DNA of 64,000 nt from Camelus ferus (GCF_009834535.1 NC_045697.1:44766001-44830000), one strand, 5' to 3'; shown: positions 13,406 to 26,739, numbered from the stretch's first letter. A program made the numbers and translations. Notes: generated by a model from the letters alone, not told the origin.

Positions 13406-13525
13406 CTTTTATTTAATTATATTTATTTATTTATATTCCATTTATATATATATGGAGGTACTGGGGATGAACCCAGGACCTTGTGCATGCTAAGCATGTG
13501 CTACCACTGAGCTATACCCACCCCC
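13406..13525 (-). mobile_element. tRNA(Ala)-derived SINE, camelid vic-1-like
   Basis: Minus strand reads GGGGGTGGGTATAGCTCAGTGGTAGCACATGCTTAGCATGCACAAGGTCCTGGGTTCATCCCCAGTACCTCCA (Pol III A box, degenerate B box), followed by an AT-rich tail. Confidence 0.85.
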
Positions 13526-13559
13526 TCTTCCACTTTGCTTTTTAAATATATTTTAAAAA

Positions 13560-14125
13560 ATGGTTCCACCACTTATTTGCTGTAATTAGGGATGTGGCCT
13601 AACCTCCCTGTGCCTGTTTCCCCCTCCATAATGATGTACTTACATCAGGAGTAATCTGAGGAATAAATGAGTGTATGCAAAGCTCTTAGCATAGTTTCCT
13701 GGCATATCCATTATAAATGCTCAGTAACTGTTAACTGTCATCATCATTATTCTTTTAAAGAGTGAAGGTAAACTCTTATGACTGGTATATTTCAACAGGA
13801 GCCAAGTTGGAAACACGTAAGTGATCACTCAGGTTAGAGACTTATTTCATCCCAATGAAAAAATGTAAACAGAACATTTACTGAGCCTCCCTGCACATCA
13901 GGCCCTCTGCTGGGAGTTTACGTGCCACTTACTGACTTGATCCTAGCTAGTGTCAAGCCCCTGAGATAGCTAATGCAGAAACAAATATTCTTCCCATCTG
14001 ATGCATGTGGAAGCCAAGGCCCAGAGGGAGTAAGTGGTTCTCAAAGTCATGCAGCTAATAAAGGGCAAAGCAGGACTAAAGTCCAGGTTTCCTGACTTAA
14101 AGCCCAGTGCTTTCTCCACAGTCCC
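13560..14125. mobile_element. MIR SINEs (two copies)
   Basis: ctaacctccctgtgcctgtttccc...gctcagtaactgttaac, and ggcccagagggagtaagtggttctcaaagtcatgcagct. Confidence 0.7.
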
Positions 14126-15449
14126 ACCCTGCCACTCTCCCCAGACCTGCTTTTGTCCATCTCTGCTGGTTACCGTGCTTCCCCCAAGTCCTAGCTTGGC
14201 ACAGTGGCAGCCTCAGTCCCTCTGCTTGCAGTCTCCAGGATCTGCTTCACTCTCCTTGCTTTACAAAGATTTTTAATGCTTAAAAAGTTTTTTTTTTTCC
14301 TTTTACATGGAAAATTTCTTCTCTTTCAGTTTCCTAAGTCTATAAATTCAATGTCCTATATCCTATATCTCATTAAAGAATCAGATGATGGCTATACTGA
14401 GTAATCTTCTGGGTTTATGCTGAGTAACTTGAAAATGACCGTATTAAGATGAAGATCAATTCGAGCTGGTGGCTGTACCACCTATGAGAAAGGCTCAGAG
14501 TACCATAGAGCCTATGTGTGTGTTTTGAGTCATGAATGAAAATTTGCCAAGTTGTGCAGTTGATTGTAGCAAAAGATGGGAAAATGTTCCTTTATAAAGT
14601 GAAAATTTAGCTTTGCAAATCTTAAGTTTTGTTTGACTTTTGGTTTTAATTTCATTCTTGTCTTTCCTTTTCTCTGGGCACTTCTCCATCCACTGTGATT
14701 CCCAGTGTCTCAGTCTCTATGATAGTCCACATGAACGAATCCTGCAGAGCCCTGAACAGGTCCACCCACAGTCAAGGCTTGGCGCGCTAGGCTGGTGCTG
14801 TGTGCTGCGTGGTTACGCGGGCTGCAGAAATGCAGCAGCTTGAAGGGGACATCATGTTAGTTAGGTCCTGAGTGGGGTGGGGCTAACCCCCTCAAATCCC
14901 TTTACCATTGGCTGATGTCAGAGAATTACTTAGTAATCTGGACAGTTTCTAGTCTGTTCCCGTGGGGAGAAAATGCTAAGGATCAGATACACAAGGGAGT
15001 CATTTGTATATTCATCCATTCATCACAAAGTTTTTGGGGCCGCCTAAGTGTTTCTCTCTAGAATGTAAACTACCAGTACTTGGCATGGTGCCTTACATGA
15101 TAATTTTGTCTTGATTCAATGAATGCATGAATGAATGAATGAATGAGTGAGTAGAGAGAAAACACTGCTATGGGAGCATGTTAAGAGGGAGAATTAATTC
15201 CTCAGGAAGACTCCAGGAGGAAGAGAAATATAAGAGGAAACTTGAAGGACCAGTAGGCATTAGTCATGAAGTAAAGAAACGTTTGTTTGAGGATCTGTGT
15301 TGTCCAGAGTCCTCATAATAAGAGAGGACAGTAAGTGGCAAAGAGGGGCACAGCCAGCTGCAGAGAGACCCTCCAGAATGAGAGATGCTGGCAACACAAG
15401 AATAGAGCTGGATATGCGGGAAGGGGTAGCTAGATCAATTTTTTATTTG

Positions 15450-15680
15450 TTTATTCAACAAACATTTATTTGCACTTAATATGAGTTGGGCACTCTTCTC
15501 TGTGCTTTATAAATTCATCCTCATAACAAAATTATTATTCCCATTTTACAGATGGGAAACCAAGGCACAAAGAAGTTAAATATCTTACCCAAGGTCACAT
15601 AGAAGGTGGTAGGTAGAGCCGGGATCCAAACCCAAACAGCCCAGCTGCAGGGCCCAGTTTCTTAATCCCATTGCTGTGCT
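15450..15680 (-). mobile_element. MIR SINE
   Basis: attattcccattttacagatgggaaaccaaggcacaaagaagttaaatatcttacccaaggtcaca. Confidence 0.85.
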
Positions 15681-16089
15681 CACGCTTGCGGATGAGTGAA
15701 ACAGATGACCAGAGATTTGGTCTTTCAGGGCAGCAAGGGGACGGTTACATCTGGACTCCTCGAGGCTATCCGAGGGCACGGAGGGGTCCTCTACCAAAAC
15801 GGATGGACGGTGCAGTTACCTCTTCCTGTTGCATTTAAAGAGGAAAAGTTCTTAACATTTTCTGATTTTGCTGTTGTTTGTGTGAAGAGGAGGACTAAGT
15901 AGAGAGAGGAGACTGGCTATACAGATAGGGGAAGTCAAGCTCAGCGTTTTGGGTGTTCAGCCAGACTGTTCATTCCCAGAAAGTAATCCCTGCCAAAGCT
16001 TGCTCCTGTGTGCCCAGATCTGCTTATTACTAAGTCTGCACTGGCACTTTTGCTCTGCATTGCTTCAGGCCCAGACAGAATCTCCAAAT

Positions 16090-16312
16090 GATTTTTTTTT
16101 ATTGTATTGTGGTGCGAACACTTGATGAGATCTACCCCTCTTGACACATTTTTAAGTGTACAGTACAGTGTCCTTAACTACAGGTACAAAGTTGCACACT
16201 GTACAGCAAGCAGATTGCTAAAACCTACTTGTCTTGCAGGAGTGAAACTTTGTATCTGCTGAACAGCAGCTTCCCAGTTCTCACTCCCCCAGCCCCTGGC
16301 AACCGCTACCCA
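16090..16312 (-). mobile_element. Old L1 (L1MA/MB-type) 3' end fragment
   Basis: acacttgatgagatctaccctcttgacacatttttaagtgtacagtacag...ccagcccctggcaacc. Confidence 0.8.
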
Positions 16313-17799
16313 AATAATTTTAAAGTGTCTGAAATGGTGGTGAGCAGAGAGTCTGATGCAGAGATAATTTGAAGTTTCCCTCCCCATATTCCCTAGACAA
16401 GAGCTTGGTGGACATACTTGCAAAGTTTTATCAGACATAGTTATAATTATGACCCCAAAATAAAGAGTTTGCCTATTTCTGACATTTCTGGAAAGATATT
16501 AAAACAATTTCTATGTTTAGAGTAAAAAAATGACCAATTTCTCTTACACATGTTTCCACACGGAGCTCTTCTGGGGTACTATGTTTGCCAGTGAATATAA
16601 TGCTTATGGTGGGGTCAGGAGAAATTGCATGAAACTCGAATATGGGTAAGATTCATGGTTATGAGTCCGTGGAAGAAATGCTGGTGACTCGGATTTGCGA
16701 GGCTGGATCAACAGAAATGACTCTTGGTGAAAACAGCAGGTAGCTATTGTTTCCAATAGATTTTGTTTCTAACCTGTATTTAGTGAGTACTGTCTATTGG
16801 CTTCTGGACCCAGGAGCTCAAGCTCATTTTTCTCTCCCTAAAAGCACTGTCGTTTCCAGAGGGCAGCGTGTGTTAGAAACCTGTTCCGGGGGCTGCTTTG
16901 TCAGGAGTGGGAGATATAGTAAGAGTCTGTTGGGAACAAACAAAGACATCCTTGACAATGGCGATTTATCTTGCTACCTGCAACATGCCCTTTGGTTTGA
17001 TAGCTGCCTGGGCTGGCTGGGATTATTTATCTTGCGCACACACTGATATATGGAAGTGTGCTCCTGGCAGGCTTCCTTCCTTTCTTCCTTCCCCGCCTGG
17101 CCAGTCTTCTCCGTTCACTCTTCCATATCAGAGGGCTGTCAGCCAGTGTTGTCCTGGGGAATTAGAGGGGAGGGCAAGTGCCTAGAAATATCTTAGGAGA
17201 AATGATCGTCTTTGCAAGCAGGACTTGATCTAGTTTCTTTTTTCCTGTCAGTCTAGCCTTGGGAAATCAGAGATGCCCAGGGGAGTGTCTGGCAGGTGTA
17301 AGGAGTGGAGAGCTGTGCGCCCCTACAGCGGGGAGCTCCTTTCAGCAGACCCTCCCTCTCCTTCTGCCTGCTCAGAGAATGGCTTCTTCCCTGCTTCCTT
17401 GTGCTGCTAGGGCTTATTCCAGGTGATGCTAACGGTTGCAGGAGAACCCCTGACAGCCATTCGCCTCCATTTGTGCCTTGGAAAAGGCTACCTCCTCTGT
17501 TAAGAATCTTGCCTCCCCCTCCCCTGGCTAACTCCTGCTGGATACTATGCATTCAGCTCAGGCATGACCTCTTCTCAGCATCCCTTGCCCGGTTTCCCAT
17601 CTCAAATTGTGCAGAGTTTTTCAGGGCAATGGAAAGCTGGAGAAAGAGTTATTGTTCAGGGTCCCTGAGCATTTTTCCCCACTCCCAAAACAGATATGCA
17701 ACACACACACACACACACATACACACTCACAATTTTGCACTCTGCCCTCCAGTGAGAGTGGGGTCATAGCCTTGATGGTTTAGTCTACAAATCGTGAGC

Positions 17800-18060
17800 C
17801 TAGTGTCTGTAAATGTTATCAGGATGGCAGGAAATGGAAATTGTTTTCAAAAGACTTTAGCTGAGCAGAATTTAATGAGGGGAGCTTTCAGCAGTGTGGG
17901 TGAGTTAAGGAACCAACAAGGGTTAAAATCTCAGGGACTGGTAATGGGAGGAAAGGACAAGGCTCAGGAATAAAGCTACTGGGGCCTTGGGAGAGATGGA
18001 GCTGTGAAAGAGGGCTGACTGTTGGGAGCGATGGCTGCAGAGGAGTTAAGTCTCTACTGG
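17800..18060. mobile_element. ERVL LTR33/LTR41-like fragment
   Basis: gaatttaatgagggg...gtgtgggtgagttaaggaaccaacaaggg resembles the element at 30731-31170. Confidence 0.45.
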
Positions 18061-18284
18061 AAGCCTAGTGAGGCAGGGAGGGAGCGGGGTTTCATACATC
18101 GCCAAACCAGGGGAGGGGAGGGGGGAAAGAAAGCCTTCAGGTGAGTCCATGCAGGTCACACTTCCGGGGCACAGGGCAAGGCAGAGGAGCATGGAGAGCG
18201 AGGGCCCTTTGGGGCAAGGATGCAGGGGAGGTGGTGGGGGAGGGTGGAGTAAACGGAAAATAGCCACCATATGAACATACTGTT

Positions 18285-18790
18285 TCTCCTGTGAACCCCT
18301 TTGGCAATCTGGAAGGCTAGCAGATGCTTTTTCAAAATAATGTTTCTAAATGCAAAAAATAGAATATATAGAACTACAGAGGAAACCAGTTATATTGAAA
18401 TACAGTTATCAAAAGACTAAAGATACAAAATAGTGATGTAGTAATATATATATGCTTGTTTATTAACACATGGACTAAAATACCCAGTGGCAGAACCAGC
18501 AATCACCAAACTTTCTAAGTAATGAATAAGGGTAAGTGATATTTCAAGACATCTGCAACAGCTGAAATGAATATGAAAGCACCTGATGTTTTTATTGGTG
18601 ATAAAGTCTTAGATGATTTAATACTACTGTGTTTTGTTGCTTATTTTCATAGTTGAGGAAAATGCTAAATTTCAGTTGAGTAGAGTTTAGTGATGTAGAC
18701 TGATACACAGTTTTCTTCCATCTAAGTTCACGGAGCCCTGAATTCCAAGGGCTCCTTGGGGGTCTGAAGGCCCCAGGTTGAGAACACTTG
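18285..18790. mobile_element. hAT-Charlie DNA transposon (Charlie4a-like)
   Basis: tgaacccctttggcaatctg...gaaaccagttatattgaaatacagttatcaaa...ccaggttgagaacacttg terminus. Confidence 0.7.
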
Positions 18791-19044
18791 CCTTAACTGC
18801 AAGCACAGGGATGCTGAGATGCTGAGTTCCAGTGAAGTGATGATGGAAGCCAGAGTATGAGGGACAGCAGTGTGGCCAGAACCCAGCTTCTTAACAGTAG
18901 CAGGATCCTTTCTGGGCAGTGTCCCAGGGCCCCGGGAAAACCCATGCTAAGAAATGATGCATCTGCTCAAGTCTCGGGTTGCCTTCTGCTTCTGTTACAT
19001 ACCGTACCTCGGCTCTGCTAGATGTAACGTCATGAGGACATACA

Positions 19045-19865
19045 GTTTTGAAAACTTGTTATTGAAGTATTACATTTATAAATGTAACTTTCACCCAGCA
19101 TATGGCTTAGTGGATTTTCATGAACCGAGCACACTGGTGTGAGCAGAACCTGGATGTTACCAGCATTCCAGAAGCTCCTTCAGGTCACCTTCCTGACACC
19201 CCATCTCCCCTAAGGGTGGCTTCTAATCTGATTTCTAGTAATAGAGAACAGTTTAGCCTGGTTTTGTTCTTCTTATAAACAGAATAATGCACTGTATCCA
19301 TTGTTGTGTCTGGCTTCTCTGAGTTCACACGTATGATGCTGGGATTGTGCATGTCTACGACCACCTGCATCATTCCCCGCAGTTGTGGACTGCTCAGTCT
19401 CTGTGCTGTGTAGCATCCCATTGTGTGACTTCACCATACTGTGTCCATTCTGCTGTTAATGAGGCTCTGGGTAGTTTTGAGTTTGGGGCTATTTTGATGA
19501 ATACTTGTTAAAAATATTCTAGTAGGTGCCTTTTGGTGAACATACTGAAAAATTTCTCTTGAGTATATCCTTTGGAATGGAATGGCAAGTCTTGTGTCTG
19601 AGTGTGTTTAGCTTCAGCAGATGTTTTCAGTTCTCCAAAGTGATTGTGCTGACTTAGGCTTCTACTGGTTCCAGTGGCTCCAAGCCCTCCCCAGCACGTG
19701 GCATTCCCTGTCTTTTCATGTTAGTCATTCTGGTGGTTTGATAGCTCTTTGTGGTTTAATTGGCCTTTTCCTGGTGACTGAAAAAGATCACCTTTTACCC
19801 AGGTATTGACCATGTGGATATCCTGTTTGATGAAGTGTCTGTCTAAGTCTTTTGTCCATTTTTCT
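19045..19865 (-). mobile_element. Old L1 (L1MD/ME-type) 3' region
   Basis: ttattgaagtattacattta...gtagttttgagtttggggctatt...gtctaagtcttttgtccatttttct. Confidence 0.8.
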
Positions 19866-20542
19866 GATGTCTGTCTTTAGACATCTTGAGCAAATTATTC
19901 AATCATTCTCAGTTTCCTCATTGTTAAATTAGGACATTAATAGAGCCAACTCATAGGGTTATCATGGTGCTTAAGAGAGAAAGGCGTATGAAATGGTTAG
20001 CCTTGTACCTAGCCCCTGGCCCACAGTAAGTGCTTAATAATTTGTAACAATTATTGTTAGTTAATCACCAATGCAGTGCATGTCATGGATACTCCATCTG
20101 TTGCATAACCAAAATTTAAAAATATCACTGTGATAGCATTGTGACTGGCATCTGCTAATCTTGGCTACAGCTGGGTGGGAAGCTCAGTGGAAGCTGAGTC
20201 ACGAGCTATATTATCTGTGCTGCCACGTACATCCAGGTTGTGCACGGAGAACAGGCATGTTTAAGGGTGGTGCAGGGGAAACCTTTAGAAGACACAGGTT
20301 TATTCAGGAAGCTGTGATGTCCATGTGTTATGTAAAAGTTATAATAAGGGAAGGAGACGTAAATTATGGTGTATGATTAATGTTTGAGTGTTCCCAGACC
20401 TTAGTGAGATGGGCAACAAAAATATCAGAAGAAAGAAGTGGAATGTTCAGTCCGGCCACTCAGGGTTCCAAGAGTCTTGAAAGGACGTATTTTGACCCAG
20501 AGTCCTTGAGAGTGAAGGCACACATCTCCATGTCTCTTGGAG

Positions 20543-21681
20543 TTTTTTTTTTTTTTTAAACATTTTTTATTGATTTATAATCATTTTACAATGTTGTGTC
20601 AAATTCCAGTATAGAGCACAATTTTTCAGTTATACGAACTAAATGAAATGAACATATATATATATTCATTGTCACATTTTTTTCTCTGTGAGCTACCATA
20701 AGATCTTGTATATATTTCCCTGTGCTATACAGTATAATCTTGTTTATCTATTCTACAATTTTGAAATCCCAGTCTATCTCTTCCCACCCCCCACCCCCTT
20801 GCAACCACAAGTTTGTATTCTATGTCTGTGAGTCTATTTCTGTTTTGTATTTATGCTTTGTTTGTTTGTTTGTTTTTTAGACTCCACATATGAGTGATCT
20901 CATATGGTATTTTTCTTTCTCTTTCTGGCTTACTTCACTTAGAATGACATTCTCCAGGAGCATCCATGTTGCTGCAAATGGCGTTATGTTGTCGGTTTTT
21001 ATGGCTGAGTAGTATTCCATTGTATAAATATACCACATCTTCTTTATCCAGTCATCTGTTGATGGACATTTAGGCTGTTTCCATGTCTTGGCTATTGTAA
21101 ATAATGCTGCTATGAACATTGGGGTGCAGGTGTCATCTTGAAGTAAGGTTCCTTCTGGATATATGCCCAGGAGCGGAATTCCTGGGTCATACGGTAAGTC
21201 TATTCCTAGTCTTTTGAGGAATCTCCATACTGTTTTCCACAGTGGCTGCACTAAACTGCATTCCCACCAGCAGTGAAGGAGGGTTCCCTTTTCTCCACAG
21301 CCTCTCCAGCATTTGTTATCTGTGGATTTTTGAATGATGGCCATTCTGACTGGTGTGAGGTGATACCTCATTGTAGCTTTGATTTGCATTTCTCTGATAA
21401 TTAGTGATATTGAGCATTTTTTCATGTGTCTATTGATCATTTGTATGTCTTGCTTGGAGAATTGCTTGTTTAGGTCTTCTGCCCATTTTTGGATTGGGTT
21501 GTTTATTTTTTTCTTATTGAGTTGTATGAGCTGCTTATATATTCTGGAGATAAGCCTTTGTCGGTTTCATTTGCAAAATTTTTTTCCCATTCCGTAGGTT
21601 GTCTGTTTTACTTCTGGTTTCCTTTGCTGTGCAGAAGCTTGTAAGTTTCATTAGGTCCCATTTATTTATTCTTGCTTTTAT
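20543..21681 (-). mobile_element. Young 5'-truncated L1 with ORF2 C-terminus, 3'UTR, poly(A) and TSD
   Basis: ORF 20877-21440 is the L1 ORF2p C-terminus ([49 protein letters not shown]); poly-T from 20543; TSD tcttggag at 20535-20542 and 21682-21689. Confidence 0.96.
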
Positions 21682-22920
21682 TCTTGGAGCTTTGTTGTGC
21701 ATAAAAAGGCATTTGTCTTTCTTGATGAATTTTATGTTGCATCTATCCAAGATAAGTGGCTTTGAGTGACCCAAGAGAAGCAACAGAACTCTATCAGGGT
21801 GTATTTCTAAATTATTATTACTGATAACAGTACCGCTAATGACGTCCTAATTTGCATCATGTTTTTCATAGCGTATCAAGTATTGTCAAATACATGCTCT
21901 TATCTTCTCTTCGGACTAACTCCCAAGAAGGACAGCTATTGTCATCTCCATTCTACAGGTGGAAGAACTAAGGCTCAGGGGAGTAAGGAAAACGAGGGAG
22001 CCAGCACTAAAAGCTGGTTTGAAAGTGGAAGAAGTCCACAGTACAGTGGCAGGTATCAGGGTTGAGATGAGATGTTTGAATGGAGAATGATGACTGGAGA
22101 ATAATGAGAATAATGAGTGGAGATGTTTGAAAGGGAGAGAGCAGTGACTGCTGCCACCCAGAGGGATGGTTGTGGTGCCATGTCCTGTGACATGCCTCCA
22201 GATCGTGTCAGTTCTGAGCTTTGGTGTAGTCCCAGGACAGTGAACTTGTACCAACATTCAATGTAGTGACTTTCTAAACGGTTCTGCTTTTCTGTTTAGA
22301 TAGTATTGTTGTGTGTGTGGTTATTTTTAAAAAGTATCATTTTAATCACCACACTTCCTTAATCTTCTTTTCCTTTTGGATTCCTTTAATTACAACATCT
22401 CCCCGTAAAAGACAGTCACATTTACTACTACTTGATTTCCCAGGTCATTTATCTAGACTAGTTAAATGGTAGACTTGGGAAACCCATTCAAGATCACTTA
22501 CAACCACTTCCTTCTAATTTTATAAATGAGGGACATCAAGACCCAGAGAGGCAAAGTGACTTGTTCAACAACACACAGCTAGTTAATGTGGAGGATGGAA
22601 TGAAATAAGCTGGAGGAGAGCGAGAGAGCAGAGTTGACTTTCCACAGGGAGGATTTTCTGTAGAAGTTAATTACATTGAGTTTTAAGGAAGACAGAAGTT
22701 CTGGTAGTCCCATGGAAAGAGAAAGATTGCTTCTGGATCAATAAGAATTTTACTCCTCTACCTGCCAGATAATGATGGCAGATGGGAGCCACAGGATTAT
22801 TGTAGCTGTGGACCCATAAGGTCTTTAGTCACAGCACTCACTGATATACCCTCAGCTTGGCACTTTGATCCTGAACCAGCGCTGAAAATAGAAAGTCATT
22901 CTGAAAGGACATGGCATATG

Positions 22921-23496
22921 TAGTAGGCAGAGCACCAAGGTGGCCCCCAAGGTTATTGCCCCCTTTTGCACACACTCCTTGTAATGCTCTCCCCCTTGAG
23001 TATAGGCAGGTCTGTGTATATAACACTTTCACTCCCATGGTTAAGTTACATTACATGACAGAGATGAAGAAATTTTGCCGATATAATCTCACGTCAGATA
23101 ATCACGGAGATTATCCTGGTTGGACCTGACTTAATTGGGTAAGCATTATTCAAAAGGGACTGAGGTTCAAAATGCAAGAGATCCTCCTGCTGGCTTTAAA
23201 GAAGTAAACCTCCACGTTCTGAGACAGCTCCTCTGGAAGCTGAGGGTGACCTCTGGCTGACAGCCAGCAAGAAAGCAGGCTCAGTCCTATGACCACAAGG
23301 AAGTGAATTCTACTAATGACCTTAATGGGCTTGGAAACTCTGCTAATGAGCTTAGAAAAAGAGCCCCAGGTTCTGATAAGACCATACCCCCAGCGGACAC
23401 CTTGAGACCTAGTGAGACCCTGAGCAGAGGACTCAGGTAGTCTGTGCCTAGACTTCTAATGTACAGAAATTGTGAAATAATAAATTTTTGTTGTTT
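22921..23496 (+). mobile_element. MaLR LTR (MLT1E/F-like)
   Basis: aaggtggcccccaag...gacagccagcaagaaagc...gaccctgagcagaggactcag...ataataaatttttgttgttt. Confidence 0.8.
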
Positions 23497-23719
23497 GGAA
23501 AAAAAAAAAGAATGTTACCTAAGTACCACTGTCCTGGAACGTCCCCAGGTTCAGGAGCATAAATTCAGGCAAGAACAGCCCTTTGGGGGATGCCTTGTTT
23601 CCACTTGGGGTTCAGGGATCTTGTGTTTCTTCACAGTATAGCCTATTAATTACGCAGGGCAATGATGGTAAGATTTTCAAAGAGTTGGCTCATCATAATT
23701 TCTGTGAATCATTTTGCAG

Positions 23720-23903
23720 AGAAAAAATTTTCTCGAGGGTCAAATCAAACTTCGTTAGACGCTTTACTTCAGGGAAGATAATATCCCTGGAAACCTATCA
23801 GAGATTCAAAGCAGATCTCCCTGCCTTGGATACAGAATTTCTTCATTTTAAGCAAAATCTTCGCTTGCTTAAAGAAGAAGAAAAAAGTCTTTCTGATCTA
23901 TGA
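23720..23903 (+). CDS. Candidate terminal coding exon (EKIFSRVKSNFVRRF...FKQNLRLLKEEEKSLSDL*), gene unidentified
   Basis: Acceptor cattttgcag; 60 open codons in phase 2 with a helical, charged composition; no repeat recognised. No homology recognised. Confidence 0.22.
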
Positions 23904-26104
23904 GGGAGGACACTTGGGTTTTTCTGCCCTGTTCCTTTATTTCTAGACTACCTCCTAATGCTTTCTTGTACTTACCAAACAGGAAATGCTAAACAGCATT
24001 CATTTCTGTTTGGTGCAAAGTGTGCTGGGGAGAGGAGGATGTCTATGTGTGAAAGGGCCTGGCCTTTTTCTTCCCTTTAGACAATGCCCCTTTGTTGAGT
24101 GGGGCTCTCTTAATCAGCTGCATTTCTGGTGGTGCCCCTGCTGCAAAGCCTCTGCTCCCAGTATCGGGCCCTCTCTGTTGTGAGGGGAAAAAGGCGGGTT
24201 GACAATATTCTCGCTCAGGAAGAGCCACTTGGTGGGACTTCTTTGTGATATTTCTAGTACACAAATTTAGAAAGTTCTGTATTTTGACTCTCAGTCGTGG
24301 CGCAACACCTGTAAGGAAAAGATTGTTCTAATCATGTTCAGCTGTATCCTCCAGATTACCTGGACATCGTGACTGTTCAGCCAAATCAAAGTGAGTGACA
24401 AACCTCCTGCTTTGTGGGTCTCACAGAATCGTGTCTGTCACCAAGGGACCCCTAAGATGTGGGGGTGCTGCTTGTGTCCACAGCTCAGTGTCCAGGCTCC
24501 TTTGTGAGATGCAAGCAATGAGGGCAAAGGGATGAAGTAAGAATGTCGCCTCCCAGGAAACATGCCAGATTCGTTCGAGTACGTTCGATAGTCAGAAATA
24601 AATCCTTAAGTGAGAGTCCTTGCAAGCGACTCCACGCAGGAGAGTGGGAAGAACACTGGACTAGGATTCCTTCCTTTGTTCTTTTACCAGCCAATTATGT
24701 GCCCTTTGCCAGTTCACATAACCGTTCTGAGCCTCAGCGTCCTCGGGTGTAAGTATGGGTGTTTCCATCAGCGTTCTTTGTCTGCAAGGAGCAGAAACCA
24801 GCTTTCGCTAACTGAAGCCGCAGGGGACTGTTGGGAAGGTGCTGGGCTGCTCACAGGACCTGGGGAGGCCTGCGCCCCAGGCTGGGCAAGGGTAGGAAGC
24901 AGAGCGGGCCTGGGCTCAGCCGAGCAGGAGCTTCTGCCACGTCGTGGCCGCGCTCGGCCTCGGTGGGCTCTCCGTAGGAGGCGTACTTCCTTCCCACGGC
25001 AGTCCAGGCAGCCCAGGGCTGGGCCCGAGGCTTCACAGTCACTGAGGGGCCTCCTGGCTGAGTCCCTGGGTTTGGTTTCTCACTTAGTGCAGAATTTCGG
25101 ATTCATGACAGGCATTTTTAATTTAAAAGAACAAAAAAAAGATGGACATGTCCAGCCTTCTTTACTGGAACAGTTCCTCTTCTGGAATATATACATCCGT
25201 TCAGCAAAATTTTGATTTGATTGAAGTTAATATACCTGGAACCAACCTGAAGCTTCAAATGTTTAATACAGCTTTAATTTTATTACTTAATGATATAAAT
25301 AAGGCAGAGAAGGCCCTAGGCTTGACATACTTGACATTTAAATCCAGCTTTGCAAAATAATTTACTAGGCAAGGAAAGTGTTTCCTCTGCTTCTCAGGTC
25401 TGCCCGGATGTGTTGTTAGAGGGTGGTAATGAGCCTCTCTAGAAGGGGCAAAATGCGTATTTGAAGTTACATTTTTATTTTTTACTTTATTGAAATAGAT
25501 TCTCTAGGTCAAAGGCTTTTAAACTTATGTTTTCTCTGTGCTGGCCACATTTAGCCATAGTTACTATAAGAATTAGGACTTGGAAGATATTTATAAGGAA
25601 GTATATTGGCATTGAATGCATCAGAACCCTTTTCCTGCTGTTCTGAAAGTCAGTTCATGCCATTCATTCTGTTTACTGCATATTAATCACTCACTTGGGA
25701 GTTTAACCATTTCAGATTATTTTCTTCATCTAAAATGACTGAGAATTTCTGTGTACTGATACCAGAAATATTTTTCATCAGCATAAGCAGATATTTTAAT
25801 CAGCAAGTATTAAGTAAACACAAAGGATTGACTTTACATCCTTTTTTTTTTTTTAAATACTAGGTGATGGGTGAGGATTGTACGAGCCTTGATCTTGGCT
25901 TTATAGTCAAGTTTAGGAGACCATGGTCTGTGCATCTAGTGCTCTCAAGCAGCACTGCCCTCCCCATCACCAGTGACTGGGATGTGCTGTAGAAATGGGG
26001 TCGATTGTTTTCCCATCAGATTCCCCAGGGAGCATCTCCCCCAGGGAGCATCTCCCACAGACTATCCTGTATCCCTGAGTAATGGAGAGCCCACGTGATC
26101 CCCA

Positions 26105-26536
26105 TGTGGCAGAGGTGGCTAGCTGTACCCCCCAAATTCATGTTCCTCTTTCAATAGTACACAGTTGTCCCTGGTAAGTAGCTATCCAGCTGGGGCTAAA
26201 TTTCCCAGCCCTTTTTGCCCCTAAGCATGGCCATGTAGCCGTTTCTCACTAATAGAATGTGAAGGGGAATGATATGTGTCACTTCCTGGCCATGGCGTTT
26301 AAGAAGCAGGGATGCTTTTGTGTTCCTCCTTTTCTTCTCCACTGGCTGGATGCAGATGACTCCACCTGGGCTGGGCAGAGCTACAGGACGGAACCGCTGT
26401 GAGGAGCAGCGCCACCTGTCAACTAGGAACATCCACCTTGGATTCTTCCCTGAGCAGGAAATAAATTGTTAATTGTGTTTGAGCTTTTGTACTTCTGTAG
26501 GTCTGTTTGTTACATCAACTAGCATTACCCTATTAT
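26105..26536 (+). mobile_element. MaLR LTR (MLT1H/I-like)
   Basis: tgtggcag start; tggccatgtagcc...tgtgtcacttcctggcc...ttaagaagcagg...aataaa...tgtttgttacatcaactagc. Confidence 0.7.
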
Positions 26537-26739
26537 AGGAAATAGATTCCCCCGGGTAGACCTCTGATCTTGCTACTCAATATTTATTGTATCTTTTAAA
26601 TTCTTTGTCATTCTGAACTTACAGTAGAAAGAGAAGACTAACCTACGTCTTCCAAGCTTATCAGATCTACAGGAAGACACAGACATGTGATTATAAATCA
26701 TCTTCCTAAATTCTTCTCCCCAATGTTTACCCTGTTGAG

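Noticed and set aside
13453..13525. tRNA-Ala gene
   Set aside because: The D-arm and T-loop are degenerate (GGTTCATCC) and it is followed by an AT-rich tail; it is a SINE.
20877..21440. 187-aa ORF as a host gene
   Set aside because: It is the L1 ORF2p C-terminus in a 5'-truncated insertion.
24610..25215. 201-aa ORF
   Set aside because: Non-ATG start; runs across MIR/MaLR-like fragments and a GC-rich patch where stops are rare; no protein-like features.
26404..26420. Second CTCF-like motif (also near 36238-36252)
   Set aside because: The 5' half of the core mismatches; too weak to report.
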